In this document: piece after piece, positions 11,570-21,946 of the stretch
How the letters are laid out: every line of letters begins with the position of its first letter
Numbering within the stretch: the first letter of the stretch is position 1
Origin: Verrucomicrobiota bacterium
GTDB lineage: Bacteria > Verrucomicrobiota > Verrucomicrobiia > Limisphaerales > AAA164-E04
Length of the DNA stretch: 64,000 nt
Reading direction: 5' to 3'
Assembly: GCA_047947115.1 (NCBI GenBank)
Contig: CP170459.1
Location: 2,688,001 to 2,752,000 of the forward strand
Translations under genes and position numbers: made by a program
The notes under the pieces: generated by a model
The model's input: the letters and a program-made list of their open reading frames with translations, nothing else
What the model was told of the DNA's origin: nothing
Databases searched by the model: none

Positions 11570-13929
11570 TTGCCTGTTGCCTTGTTAAAAGTCAGATCGC
11601 GACGGCGCACCCACTTTTGAACCCGATGATTGGCGGCATCCGCGATGTACAGATTGCCCTTCGAGTCCAGCGCAATGGACCACGGGTTGTTCAATTGCCC
11701 CGGAGCGTCCCCGGGGCCACCCAGTATTTCGATGCTTTCGTCCTGATGATTGAATACCTGTAACCTGCTGTTGCCGAATTCGCAAACAAAGAGATTGCCT
11801 GCGTCATCGATCGCCAGATCATAGGGATAACTCAGTTCTCCCCGTTCCCGGCCTGCCTGACCTAACGAGCGTTTCCAGTTTCCTGCCGGGTCCAGAACTT
11901 GAATACGGTGATTGCAGGAATCCGCGACGAAAATGTCGTCAGCTGGATTGCAAGCCAGACCTTCCGGACGGTTGAACTGGCCGGGTTGGTTGCCGATGGT
12001 TCCAGTCGAACCCAGGCAAATGGAACCGTCCGCAGTGAACCGCTGGACACGTTCGGCGGCCTGGTATTCGCTGATCACCAGCGTGCCATCGGATTGGAGC
12101 GCGGCTGAACGCGGGAAAGTCAGCAAACCTTCATCCTTTCCATATGCCCCCCATTGACGGATCAACTTGCCTTCGGATGTGAAATGGTTGACGCGCGAGT
12201 AATGAGGTTCCACCACGACAATGTTGCCCTCCGCATCCAGGCACATGCCTTTGGGTTTGCCACGCTCCAGTTCGGGCATTTGCCATTGGAGAACGTAGTT
12301 GCCATCCTGATCAAATTTTTGCACGCGTCCGGTCATGTCGACCACATACAGATAATCCTCTCGATCGACGGTCAGGGACCTCGGCTTGATGAAGAATCCC
12401 GGGCTGCGTCCCTGAGTGCCGATGATGATCGCCTTTTCAAATATGCGTGAATCCAGCAAGGCCTCATTCGGAGTTTTGGTTTCAATGTGATTCGAACACC
12501 CCGCCACGCAACTCGTCAGAATGACTGCCATGGCATGATTCCAGAATTTGGGGACGGATTTGGCAAGGTGGCAGCCCTTCGTTATGGCCCACGGCAGGAT
12601 GGCGATCATCAGCAGGAGCAGTGTCATGGCATGCACCTGGCTGTTATGGCCGTAATGAAGAAGGTTAAAAATGCGCAGCGCCAGGGTATCAGCACCTGGA
12701 GGCGTTACGAAAAGCAGCGTGTCCGCATCCCACAAAGAAAAGAGAAACACCAGGTACCATGCCGCTCCCAGCAACCATCCTATTTGTGGCAGGTAAAGAA
12801 TGCGCGCTCTTTGAATGACTGAGGGTGCATCCAGTCCGCCGGCGTCCACCAGGCTCCGATCCAGCATTTGCCTGGCCAAATGCACTCCCAGCCATCCCAA
12901 AGCAGCATACCGCAGCGTCAAAGCGAGGATGGTCATGGACAGGTGGGGACGATGCAAGGGAAACCAGTTTTGCTGGGTCAGACTCAGAAAGATCACACCC
13001 CAGACGCAACCGGGTAATAGAAACAGAAGCCATAGTATCTTTGCTCCTTTCCACCGATGGAGGGCTCCACCAAGGATCAAAGAGAATGTGGCGGTCAAGG
13101 TGCTGAAGATCAGGCTGTTGTTGAAGGCGGATTGTCCCGCCGCAAGGGCTGGTCGCAGATCCGCCCAGGTTTGCTTTGAAAACAGGAGTCCTAGGCAGGG
13201 AAGGACGGTGGCTGTTATGAACCATAATCCCGCTGCTCCCTTGAGCCCCCAGACCCAGTGGGAATCAAAATGCCTTGAGGCTGATAGCTGCGGTTGATCG
13301 TGCCTTCCAAAGGGCCAGCGGATGGAATCGGTTTTCAAGCATAACAAGACCACGGAAGAACTACCGATGAGCCACAGGATGCTGGATTGGATTTCTCGCC
13401 ATTCCAAGGTGGCGCTGAAGGTGACGAACAGGTCGGCTGTCCAGGTTTTGATCTGCAGGAGGGATGGTACGTTGAATTGATTCAAGGTCAGAGCGACCAC
13501 CACCAACATTCCGCCGATCAGCGCCGGACGTGCTGCCGGCCACAGGAGGTGCCTGCAAAGATTGAAGTTGCGCAATTCTGGCTCGACTTCCAACAGGTGT
13601 GGGTGCATCCGTTCGAGCGTGCCAAGAGCGCATAAAAAGGGAATGGGCCAGTAGAGAAAAGAGCACATCCACACGGCACCGCTCATGCTGTAGAGATTCC
13701 AATCCAGCCAGGGACGCAGCGATCCTGCTTCACCAAATAATCCCATCCAATAAGTCAGAAACATGAACTGGGGCAGGACCAGATTGAGAATGGCTCCCGC
13801 GACGATGACATTGCGAAAAGGTTTTGATGTCAGCCACGCCCCCAGTGCGGTCACACATCCCACGACCAAACTGACCGCACAGACGGCGGTGATCAGGATC
13901 AGTGTTTGTGTGACTAATTGTAGAGACAT
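11566..13929 (-). CDS. ABC transporter permease (FbpB/ThiP-like, duplicated) fused to C-terminal NHL-repeat beta-propeller
   Basis: About 470 aa of hydrophobic helices with two degenerate EAA-loop regions, then about six NHL repeats (GQFNRPEGLA...IFVADSCNHRIQV; GQLNNPWSIALDSKGNLYIADAANHRVQ). ATG at 13929 sits next to the upstream stop. Confidence 0.75.
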   Translation of the reverse strand: MSLQLVTQTLILITAVCAVSLVVGCVTALGAWLTSKPFRNVIVAGAILNLVLPQFMFLTYWMGLFGEAGSLRPWLDWNLYSMSGAVWMCSFLYWPIPFLCALGTLERMHPHLLEVEPELRNFNLCRHLLWPAARPALIGGMLVVVALTLNQFNVPSLLQIKTWTADLFVTFSATLEWREIQSSILWLIGSSSVVLLCLKTDSIRWPFGRHDQPQLSASRHFDSHWVWGLKGAAGLWFITATVLPCLGLLFSKQTWADLRPALAAGQSAFNNSLIFSTLTATFSLILGGALHRWKGAKILWLLFLLPGCVWGVIFLSLTQQNWFPLHRPHLSMTILALTLRYAALGWLGVHLARQMLDRSLVDAGGLDAPSVIQRARILYLPQIGWLLGAAWYLVFLFSLWDADTLLFVTPPGADTLALRIFNLLHYGHNSQVHAMTLLLLMIAILPWAITKGCHLAKSVPKFWNHAMAVILTSCVAGCSNHIETKTPNEALLDSRIFEKAIIIGTQGRSPGFFIKPRSLTVDREDYLYVVDMTGRVQKFDQDGNYVLQWQMPELERGKPKGMCLDAEGNIVVVEPHYSRVNHFTSEGKLIRQWGAYGKDEGLLTFPRSAALQSDGTLVISEYQAAERVQRFTADGSICLGSTGTIGNQPGQFNRPEGLACNPADDIFVADSCNHRIQVLDPAGNWKRSLGQAGRERGELSYPYDLAIDDAGNLFVCEFGNSRLQVFNHQDESIEILGGPGDAPGQLNNPWSIALDSKGNLYIADAANHRVQKWVRRRDLTFNKATGK

Positions 13930-13930
13930 A

Positions 13931-14908
13931 TCAGCGAATGAACGTTTCCCGCATCCAATGAAAGGTTTCCTTTTCCTCCGCCATGATTTCCGCCCAGTAG
14001 ATGTGAAGGAACTGATCGTCATGGGGTGGTGGCTCCGCGCTGACCAATGCCGAGGCATTGACCATGTCGGACAACACATTGTTGGCCTTGATGAATGTTA
14101 GAAATGCCATGGCCTCCGTAGGGTTGGGCGCGCCGGTTACCATGCCCACCGTGTTCGGGATGGCGCACAGCTCGTTTTTCAGGGGGATGGATGTCAGTGG
14201 CAGTCCTTTTGAAAGTCCCACTGCCAGATCATCCGAATCCGTCAACCCGACGGCGGCCTCACCGGCTCCGACGAGTCGAACCACCATGGAATTACCGTCC
14301 ACAATCTTGACTTCATTCTCGATCATTCTTCGGCACCATGGCTCCCAGACATCGGCTCCCCATTCTTCGCGCAGAGCCAGCATGTGGGTGGCCGTTGTGC
14401 CATACAAGGGGTAGGCCATGACCGCTTTTCCATTCCATTTTGGGAGTGTCAGATCCTTCAGCGAAGCGGGGGCGTTCTCTGACGAAACGAGATTGGTGTT
14501 GAGGATCAGGACGCGCATGCGATAACCGAGTTCCTCGAATCCCTGCACAGCGCCTGCTTCGGCAAGTTTACGAACCGCCAGTGATTCGTTGCTCCAGAAC
14601 AGATCGCAGACCGGATGGGTTTGTTCCGCCAGGATGCGCTTGGCGAGTCCCATGGTCTTTGCGGACTCGCTGTCGAACTGGGCCTTGATTTCGATGCCGG
14701 TGGCCTTGGTGAACTGATTGAAAATCGGTTCCGCATAGACACGATCCTGGGAAGTGTAAACCACCAGACTGCGCGTTGTCTCCTCTGGCTGCGAGGATCC
14801 GCATCCGGTGGCAAAGAGCAGCAGAGCCATCGGCAGAAAGCGGCATGCCAACCAGGGGTCGAGCGGCCAGTAATGGTTTGCTATTTGTCTGTGGAACAGG
14901 AGATTCAC
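13931..14908 (-). CDS. ABC transporter substrate-binding lipoprotein (Fe3+/thiamine-type, FbpA/AfuA-like)
   Basis: Lipobox-like ATGC, LVVYTSQD, CDLFWSNE, DLTLPKWNGK, GLTDSDD. Start uncertain (GTG 14908 or a later ATG). Confidence 0.85.
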   Translation of the reverse strand: MNLLFHRQIANHYWPLDPWLACRFLPMALLLFATGCGSSQPEETTRSLVVYTSQDRVYAEPIFNQFTKATGIEIKAQFDSESAKTMGLAKRILAEQTHPVCDLFWSNESLAVRKLAEAGAVQGFEELGYRMRVLILNTNLVSSENAPASLKDLTLPKWNGKAVMAYPLYGTTATHMLALREEWGADVWEPWCRRMIENEVKIVDGNSMVVRLVGAGEAAVGLTDSDDLAVGLSKGLPLTSIPLKNELCAIPNTVGMVTGAPNPTEAMAFLTFIKANNVLSDMVNASALVSAEPPPHDDQFLHIYWAEIMAEEKETFHWMRETFIR

Positions 14909-14909
14909 A

Positions 14910-16751
14910 TCAAGCGGTTCGTTTGTGGTAATACCACCACTCAAACATCAATACGCAAAAAGCGGCGAACAGCAGCCAGCGCCACATCTCAAGGTTGGCC
15001 CTTTGTTGTCCCTCAAGGGCTTTCTGGTTGAAACCACCCAGGTTGAGTTCTGTTCTCGGGCCGTTGTCGCTTTCCGAGGGATCGATCAGATTGGAGGCGA
15101 ACCACACTTCATTGGTTCCGTTCAGCAAGCGATAGATCCCTTGTTTGGAGGTGTCGGCGAAAACGACCTGACTCGAATCCGGCACGGTTTCCAGATGGGT
15201 CGTTTCCCCATTAGGGAGTTTCATCTGCAATACCCCGTTGTCTGCCCCGTCGTCTATCGTTGCCACGAGCGCATCGCCGGTGCGCACATTGACCATGGCC
15301 GCCTGGGTGGTGGATGGATTCAGCCAGTTGACGGCATTGGCGATAAAGATGGGGAAGGAAACGCGCAGAGGCCAGGTGGACTGGAGGGCGTCAAAACCAA
15401 CCCACACCGCACGGATTCCATCGGGTTCGCCTGCAAGAATCAGCGGGGTGGTTGTGGATTCCACCACCGACATCGCCCAGTCCGGTGTCTTCACCCCGAG
15501 TGTTTCGGCGATCTGTACGTCGTCCAATTGAACAAACCTCATCAGGGGATGGGCTGCCTTCCAGTCAACAATGACAGGGGATTCCACTGCGTTGACTTCC
15601 GGAAACCAGTTGGTGGATGTCACATGGATGGCAAGGACGTTGCCTTTTGGCCAGTTCAACGGAATGACATCGTCCAGCACCACCAGATCGGCCTCAGGGG
15701 AGTTTTCGGTGTATTGATCAGCCACGGCGAGTTCAATGTTGCGTGTCGCATTGAGGGCCTTTTCCAGAAAACGATTGCCGCGTGTCACCAGGAGTGTACG
15801 AACGGGCTTGGGTAACAGACTGACTACTGAAGCCTTGTTGTCGATACTCAGATCATCTTCGGCATTGAGTTCCAGCGTGAAGATGCCGTTTTCTTCTTGC
15901 GGAGCGATGAATGCCTGGGAGTCCGTCGCCCCGGGTTCCAGCGCCAAAGGACGCGCCTCAATCACTTGATCTTTCCATCTAAGCTCCACGATGACGTCTT
16001 GTCGATTGGTGGAATAATTCACAATGCCAGCGAAAATGGCACGTGTGGAGGCGTCGTCCGGGTTGGGGCGCACATCCATCGACACTATCCCGACATTGTG
16101 CCCCCGGGATCCGATGGGGTGATAGTGGACATTCAAGTCTTCCGGTTCAAATTCGTTCAGGTCCGATGCCGCCCCGTCACTGAACAGATGCACTTCCGCA
16201 TATTCCTGGTTTTTGGTCAGGGTTTGGGCGAGCTTGAAGGCATCCAGCAGGTAGGTGCTGGTGTCCGAAACCTGAATGGTGTCGATGGCTCGCTTCAGTG
16301 CGTTTTTTTCAGAAGTGGCCGATTGGAGAACCTGGGTTTGACGACCCGCAGCCAGTATCATCATTTGATCGGTGTTTCCCAGAGTGTCGATCAGAGCCTT
16401 GGCACTTTGTTTGGCCACCTCCATGCGGGTGGGGGAAACATCCACCGATTGCATGGATGCCGATGTATCCATGATGACAACGAGCAAACCGCCTTTGGAA
16501 ACTTCACCGGCAAAGAAAGGTCGGCCCAAAGCGATGACCGCCAGGGCCAGCATGAGGAGTTGGAAAATGAGCAGCCAATGATGACGCAATCGTTGAAAAG
16601 GTGCGCTTGCCTGCGTTTCCGCCAGAAATTTCCGCCACAGCATTGAGCTGGCCACGACCTGGACCTTGCGTTTGCGTTTGAGTAGGTAAAACACCACCAC
16701 CACCGGAAGGGTGAGGGCAAACCAGAAGGCGCTAGTGTTGAGGAAATTCAT
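14910..16751 (-). CDS. BatA/vWA domain membrane protein
   Basis: MNFLN...YLLKRKR...SSMLW BatA-type N-terminus, MDTSASM MIDAS motif, LFSDG, C-terminal TM ending EWW. Confidence 0.85.
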   Translation of the reverse strand: MNFLNTSAFWFALTLPVVVVFYLLKRKRKVQVVASSMLWRKFLAETQASAPFQRLRHHWLLIFQLLMLALAVIALGRPFFAGEVSKGGLLVVIMDTSASMQSVDVSPTRMEVAKQSAKALIDTLGNTDQMMILAAGRQTQVLQSATSEKNALKRAIDTIQVSDTSTYLLDAFKLAQTLTKNQEYAEVHLFSDGAASDLNEFEPEDLNVHYHPIGSRGHNVGIVSMDVRPNPDDASTRAIFAGIVNYSTNRQDVIVELRWKDQVIEARPLALEPGATDSQAFIAPQEENGIFTLELNAEDDLSIDNKASVVSLLPKPVRTLLVTRGNRFLEKALNATRNIELAVADQYTENSPEADLVVLDDVIPLNWPKGNVLAIHVTSTNWFPEVNAVESPVIVDWKAAHPLMRFVQLDDVQIAETLGVKTPDWAMSVVESTTTPLILAGEPDGIRAVWVGFDALQSTWPLRVSFPIFIANAVNWLNPSTTQAAMVNVRTGDALVATIDDGADNGVLQMKLPNGETTHLETVPDSSQVVFADTSKQGIYRLLNGTNEVWFASNLIDPSESDNGPRTELNLGGFNQKALEGQQRANLEMWRWLLFAAFCVLMFEWWYYHKRTA

Positions 16752-16763
16752 ATCGGTCGTGTG

Positions 16764-17660
16764 TTATTTCCAGAGCATGGCCTTTCTCAGGTCGGTCAAC
16801 AACAGTTGGTCCAGGTCGCTGTCGCTGGGTGTCAGGTTGAATCCAATACCTCGCATGCGGCAGAAATTCTTGAATTGTTCGAGGTAGGCGTTGACGGTTT
16901 TCTGATAGGCCTTGAGGCGGTATTTGCCGAAGGTCACCTCCTGGGTGGAACCATTTTCGGAGTCCACCACTTTCAAATCTCCGTAAACATTGGGTTCGAG
17001 TTCTTCGCGAGCAAGGACCATCAGGACCTGGACCTGGAATCCGCGCCCCAGCAAGGCTCTCAATCCTTCTTCATAACCCTCCGGATCCATGAAGTCACTG
17101 ATCACGATGGCCACACCGCTTTGGCTGGCCTGGAGCGCGCCTTTTTTGAGGGCCTCGTTAAGACGGCAGTCTCCACCCGCATTGAGTTGTCCCAGATTCC
17201 GGAAGAATTGCAGCGCCGATTTTTTGCCGCGAACACGTCGCAGTGATTGGCGAATGGCGGTTTCCCCGGTGTTCTCGGGAAACACATCTACTGTTACACG
17301 GTCAAAACCACAAAGGGCGACATAGCCCATGGCGGCGGCCACCTGACGGGCGAAGTCAAACTTGACCGGTTTGCCAAAAGTCATGGATTCGCTGGCGTCC
17401 AGGAAGATGGAGAGGGGCAGTTCCCGCTCTTCCTCGTAAAGCTTCAGGAACAGACGATCCAGGCGTCCAAAAAGGTTCCAGTCGAGATAACGCAGGTCGT
17501 CACCGGCGACATAGTTGCGGTGATCGGCGAATTCCACCGACTGGCCGCGCGCTTTGCTGCGACGTTCGCCTTTGAGTGAACTGCGAACACGCCGACGGGC
17601 GAGCAGTTCCAACTGCTCCAACCGTCTCAGCAAATCGTTCTGAATCAAAGGGCCAGCCAT
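16764..17660 (-). CDS. DUF58 family protein (MoxR-associated)
   Basis: GERRSKARGQSVEFADHRNYVAGDDLRYLDWN, LDASESM, VISDF. Confidence 0.92.
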   Translation of the reverse strand: MAGPLIQNDLLRRLEQLELLARRRVRSSLKGERRSKARGQSVEFADHRNYVAGDDLRYLDWNLFGRLDRLFLKLYEEERELPLSIFLDASESMTFGKPVKFDFARQVAAAMGYVALCGFDRVTVDVFPENTGETAIRQSLRRVRGKKSALQFFRNLGQLNAGGDCRLNEALKKGALQASQSGVAIVISDFMDPEGYEEGLRALLGRGFQVQVLMVLAREELEPNVYGDLKVVDSENGSTQEVTFGKYRLKAYQKTVNAYLEQFKNFCRMRGIGFNLTPSDSDLDQLLLTDLRKAMLWK

Positions 17661-17811
17661 AAGCGACATCATTCCAATCCGAACCGACCGCAGATGCAAT
17701 CTTTCTTTTGGCGATCCGAAAAGGGAATACCAGGATATACACGAGGGTTCGATCGTTTGTTTCGACCGACTTACAACGAAATATGATCAAAAGAAATCAG
17801 AGAAATCAAAA

Positions 17812-18226
17812 GTGTCCCCGCTGTGGGGCGCAGATCAAAAAACAGAAGCCCACGATCGGAGGGGTAAGCTCCGCCTTACGCCCACTTCAAACCTCACAGC
17901 ATTGGAACTATTTTCACGCTGCAATGGAAACGCACTGTCATTCGACAGATCTCAGTCGCCCCACGTTCCATATGAGGTGTTCAGGACCGCTTTTGAGGGG
18001 GAAGTTTGGGAACTCATCCCTCCTTTGTCTAAATATTGAACTGTGTCCCCCGCTGTGGGGCGCGATTATTTCCACGGGCTAAACCTATCAAAACCACAGA
18101 GGGCACAGAGCTCACAGAGAGTTGCAATAAGTTAGTGTAAAAAGTGTCACCTCTGTGCTCTCTGTGTCCTCCGTGGTTAACAAAAAATCCATTCACCCCG
18201 CACATTTAATCGCACCCCCCGCTGTG
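17812..18226. repeat. Cluster of REP-like palindromic repeats
   Basis: GTGTCCCC(C)GCTGTGGGGCGC at 17812-17831 and 18043-18063, partial copy at about 18215-18226; 28-bp imperfect inverted repeat at 18092-18119 / 18151-18178. Confidence 0.65.
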
Positions 18227-18277
18227 TGACTCCTCCTTTGGAACCGGATGTCGGCCACAGACCTGTCCTGGTGCTTC

Positions 18278-19129
18278 TTATTCTACAAATTCCAGTTCCT
18301 GACGATGCGGGATCAAACCCATCTCAAACGCCCGGCCCAGGAACCTTCGGATGGTTTCACGGCCTTTTTCGCCGTAATCCAGGGTCCAATCGTTCACGTA
18401 CATACCGACGAACTGATCCGCCAGATCCATCCCCATATCCCTGGCATACTGCAAAGCGTGAGCCACAGCCTCCGGCCGATGGTCCAGACTGAACTGAATG
18501 CTGCGGGTCAAAAGATCGGAAATTGATTTGCGGTCCTCGGGTGCAAAACGTTTGTGGATGACATTGCCACCAAGAGGGAGGGGTAAACCATCATTTTCGC
18601 GTCCCCACCAAACGCCCAGGTCTTCGCACAACTTCAATCCCTGGTCCTGATAGGTCAGTTGCCCCTCATGAATGATCAATCCCACATCCGCATCGCCACG
18701 ATTGACGGTGTCAAAAATCTGATCAAACGGGACCACCTTGTATGAGAACCCCGAAGCCGGTTTCCCGAGCCACAGTTGCAATGCGAGAAAGGCACTGGTC
18801 ATTTCACCTGGAACGGCGATGGTGCTCTTGGCAATTTCTTCTTTGGTAAAGCTTTGCTTTGCAACGAGCATGGGACCATATCCGTCTCCCATGCTGGCCC
18901 CACTCGGTAGCAGTGCATATTTGTCGCTGACATAAGCATACGCATGAATGCTGATGGCGCTGACGTCCAGTTCGCCGCGTGTTGCGCGTTCATTCAGCGT
19001 TTGGATGTCCTGCAGAATATGTTCGAAAGCAAGCCCGCCAGTCGGAATCAAATCCTTAGCCAGGGCATAAAACATAAAGGCATCGTCCGGATCAGGCGAA
19101 TGCCCCAGAGTAATCGTGCGATTGGTCAT
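18278..19129 (-). CDS. mqnD: 1,4-dihydroxy-6-naphthoate synthase (futalosine menaquinone pathway)
   Basis: LGHSPDPDDAFMFYAL, DIQTLNE, GASMGDGYGP, IIHEGQLTY, LPLPLGGN, MYVN. Confidence 0.92.
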   Translation of the reverse strand: MTNRTITLGHSPDPDDAFMFYALAKDLIPTGGLAFEHILQDIQTLNERATRGELDVSAISIHAYAYVSDKYALLPSGASMGDGYGPMLVAKQSFTKEEIAKSTIAVPGEMTSAFLALQLWLGKPASGFSYKVVPFDQIFDTVNRGDADVGLIIHEGQLTYQDQGLKLCEDLGVWWGRENDGLPLPLGGNVIHKRFAPEDRKSISDLLTRSIQFSLDHRPEAVAHALQYARDMGMDLADQFVGMYVNDWTLDYGEKGRETIRRFLGRAFEMGLIPHRQELEFVE

Positions 19130-19431
19130 GATGAATCAAATATAAAAATCTAACTAAGTCAGTCTTGATGACGTGCCGTTCCCGCATCAAAGACACACAT
19201 GCACTCTGTCCCAACACCCCCCACTCGGTCAAGGCTCGCAGGGGATCAGTCACAACTATTGGCGCAAAAAGTGCCAATAGTTGTGACTGATCCCAAGGGA
19301 AAACCCTTGAAATCTTCGGGAAAGGTCCTGAAAAAGATCGTATGCGGATATCTAACGTTTGTGCTCGTTTTCAACTGCGATGAGTGGGTTGTGATGGATT
19401 ATTTCGAGGATGCATTGTCATTTGGTAATCG

Positions 19432-21946
19432 AATGCCAGGAAATTCCCTTCCTTTGAGGAAGGTTATTACTCGGCTTTTAGTGTTCTTTACCGTTTTTCT
19501 GATTTCTCCGTGTTTGGTTGGGGAGGTTAATGAAAGACTCCTGATTGCTCCGTCTGCGTTCACTGCCGATTACTGGAGTGTCGAGGAGGGGCTTCCTCGT
19601 CATTCCATCACCGCCTTAACACAATCCACAGATGGTTACCTCTGGATTGGTATGTTTGATGGAATCGCCCGGTTTGATGGGACTTCTTTCCTATTTTTGA
19701 TCAACATTCCGTAGATGTATTAAAGAGTCATTCGATTCGCAGTATCCATGCCGATCACCGGGGGAAGGTTTGGTTTGGAACCGCTGGCGGAGGGATCAGT
19801 TGCTATTCCAATGGGCGTTTTGTCACTTATCATACCGAGGATTTTGATATCGCCTCCAATTATATTGGCGCCGTCATGGTGAATACCGAGGGCCACGTCT
19901 TCATGGGGAGTTCCGGGAATGGCATATCTCAGTTTCAGGATGGGCAAGTGATCGCCCGGAATGCCAGTGGAAAGTTTCCCGAACTCAAGGCCGTGTCGAC
20001 CTTGTTTCAAGATCGATTTGGACGTGTCTGGGCTGGAACGGATGGTGGTCTTTTGCGATGGATGGATGATCCGGATTGGGCCAGAAATGAAGGAATGCCA
20101 TGGATCACCGTGACGACTCAGATCCCAACCACCAAAGTTTGGAAACGTCAGGCCGTTTCAACTGGGATGCCATGCACAAGGTTTGGGCCAGCACCAGCGC
20201 TGGAGGGGTTTTGGTGATAGAGGAGAACACAATCAAGCATTACCCGCAGACGGAATCCATTCAGGACGCGATGATCACCTGCATGCTTGAGCGCTCTCCT
20301 GCGGAAACATGGATTGGAACCTATGGCCAGGGATTGTTTGAGATTTCGGAAGAAGGCATTCACCGACCATCTGGCATTGATTTGCCTGCTACCCTCAACG
20401 GGGATGGGATGGTTTATTCTATGATATTGGATGGGGCGGGAGGATTGTATGTCGGCACTTGGGGGCAGCATGTCTATCATCTTCCGAAAGAGGGGGCACC
20501 CTATCGGTTGGCAGAAGAGGTGGAAAATCGCACCGTGTTGACGCGTGTGCTGGCGATCGATCAAGAGGGAACATTATGGTCCGGCATCATTTACTGAGCG
20601 ATGGCCATCCGGAATGGTCCTATTATGGTAAGTCAGACGGATTGGGAACGTATGAAATGTCAGGGGGACACTTGGGGACGGTTATGAAAACTTCAGATGG
20701 TCGCTTGTGGTTTGGGACAACTTACGGTCTGGCGGTTGTGGATCCCGCAAATCTGGTAAATGAATCCGTGCCGCCAAAACCCGTCATTGAAAAGTTGGTG
20801 GTTGACGGCGTTCTGATGAACGGTATGGCGCAGGAGATCCGAGGTGCTCAGTGGAGGGGCTTGGAACAGCATGCGCCGGATACCACGAAGATATGGGATG
20901 ATGACGTTTCCGTGGAGGGACTCGGTTTGGCTCCCGTGATGTGTCGTTCTTCGAATCATCGTTATGAGTTCCATATAGGCGCGCTGCAATTTTCCCACCC
21001 ACAATCCGTATCTTTTCGCTATCGTATTCTGGGTTTTGATGAAGCGTGGCATGAGATTGGAAAACAACGAGTCATCCACATCTACGATCTGCCACCCGGG
21101 GATTACGATTTTGAACTGCAGGCTCGGTCTGTTTTACCTTTGTGGACTGAGGATACGGCTTTGATTGCCCTGATGGTGACTCCGCAAATATGGGAAACGA
21201 CATCGTTCCAATGGACATTCTTCTGTTTGACCGCTGGCGGGGTGATGTGGTTGGGGCGTTACCTGTCTCAACGTCGATTGCGAGTGCAACTGGAGAAAAC
21301 ATCGGAACAAAAGCGGTTGTTCGAAGATCCATCCCGCATACCCGAAACCTTGCATGACGATTTGGGGGCGAACCTGACGCAGATGGCTCTTCTCTCTGAT
21401 GCATCGCGTCGCGAAAAGGCATTGCCTGAAACAACACAGGCACACATCCGTCGCGTTGCATCACTGGCGCGTGAGAGCATCCGGCGGCTGGATGAAATCG
21501 TTTGGGCGATCAATCCCGCGAATGACCACTTGCAGCAATTATTGGATTATCTTTGCTCCTACGCGGATGAGTTTTTTGAACATTCTGACACGAAAGTGCG
21601 GTTCGAACTGCCAGATCAATTGGATGCTTTCCGTTGGCCGTCCAGGAGTCGGCTCGAGATTTTTTTGGCATTCAAAGAGTGCCTGAATAATGTGGCCAAG
21701 AGCGCCGAGGCAACTTTGGTGACCATTCAGCTTGAGCAAAGCAACAAGGGGTGGTTGCTGCGGATCCGAGACAACGGTAAAGGAATAGTTTCCGATAATG
21801 AGTCTCGGGGGCACGGATTGAAGAATATGAGAAAGCGTTTGGAACGCATCGGCGGAGGATGCCAGGTGAAAAGCGCACTGGGGAAGGGAACAACGGTGAC
21901 GTTTGCTTTGCCTGAACCCGGCGGCATTGGGGAGGTGAAATCATGA
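19432..21946 (+). pseudogene. Fragmented beta-propeller/Y_Y_Y/HisKA_3 sensor histidine kinase
   Basis: Propeller repeats (QSTDGYLWIG, DHRGKVWFGT, QDRFGRVWAGT, DQEGTLW, SDGRLWFGT) lie in different frames, with breaks near 19690, 20100-20160 and 20590. Y_Y_Y (LPPGDYDFELQA), TM, LHDDLGANLTQ, DNGKG and GHGLKNM are in the last fragment. Confidence 0.75.

Noticed and set aside
14925..16646. Long plus-strand ORFs (296 and 249 aa) antisense to the vWA gene
   Set aside because: Typical antisense shadows of GC-rich coding sequence, with no motifs.
17708..18082. ORFs 17708..18082 and 17812..18039 as genes
   Set aside because: No recognisable motifs, and they run through repeat elements.
17812..18226. 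CRISPR array
   Set aside because: Only 2-3 short repeat copies with spacing of about 170-230 bp and no cas genes.
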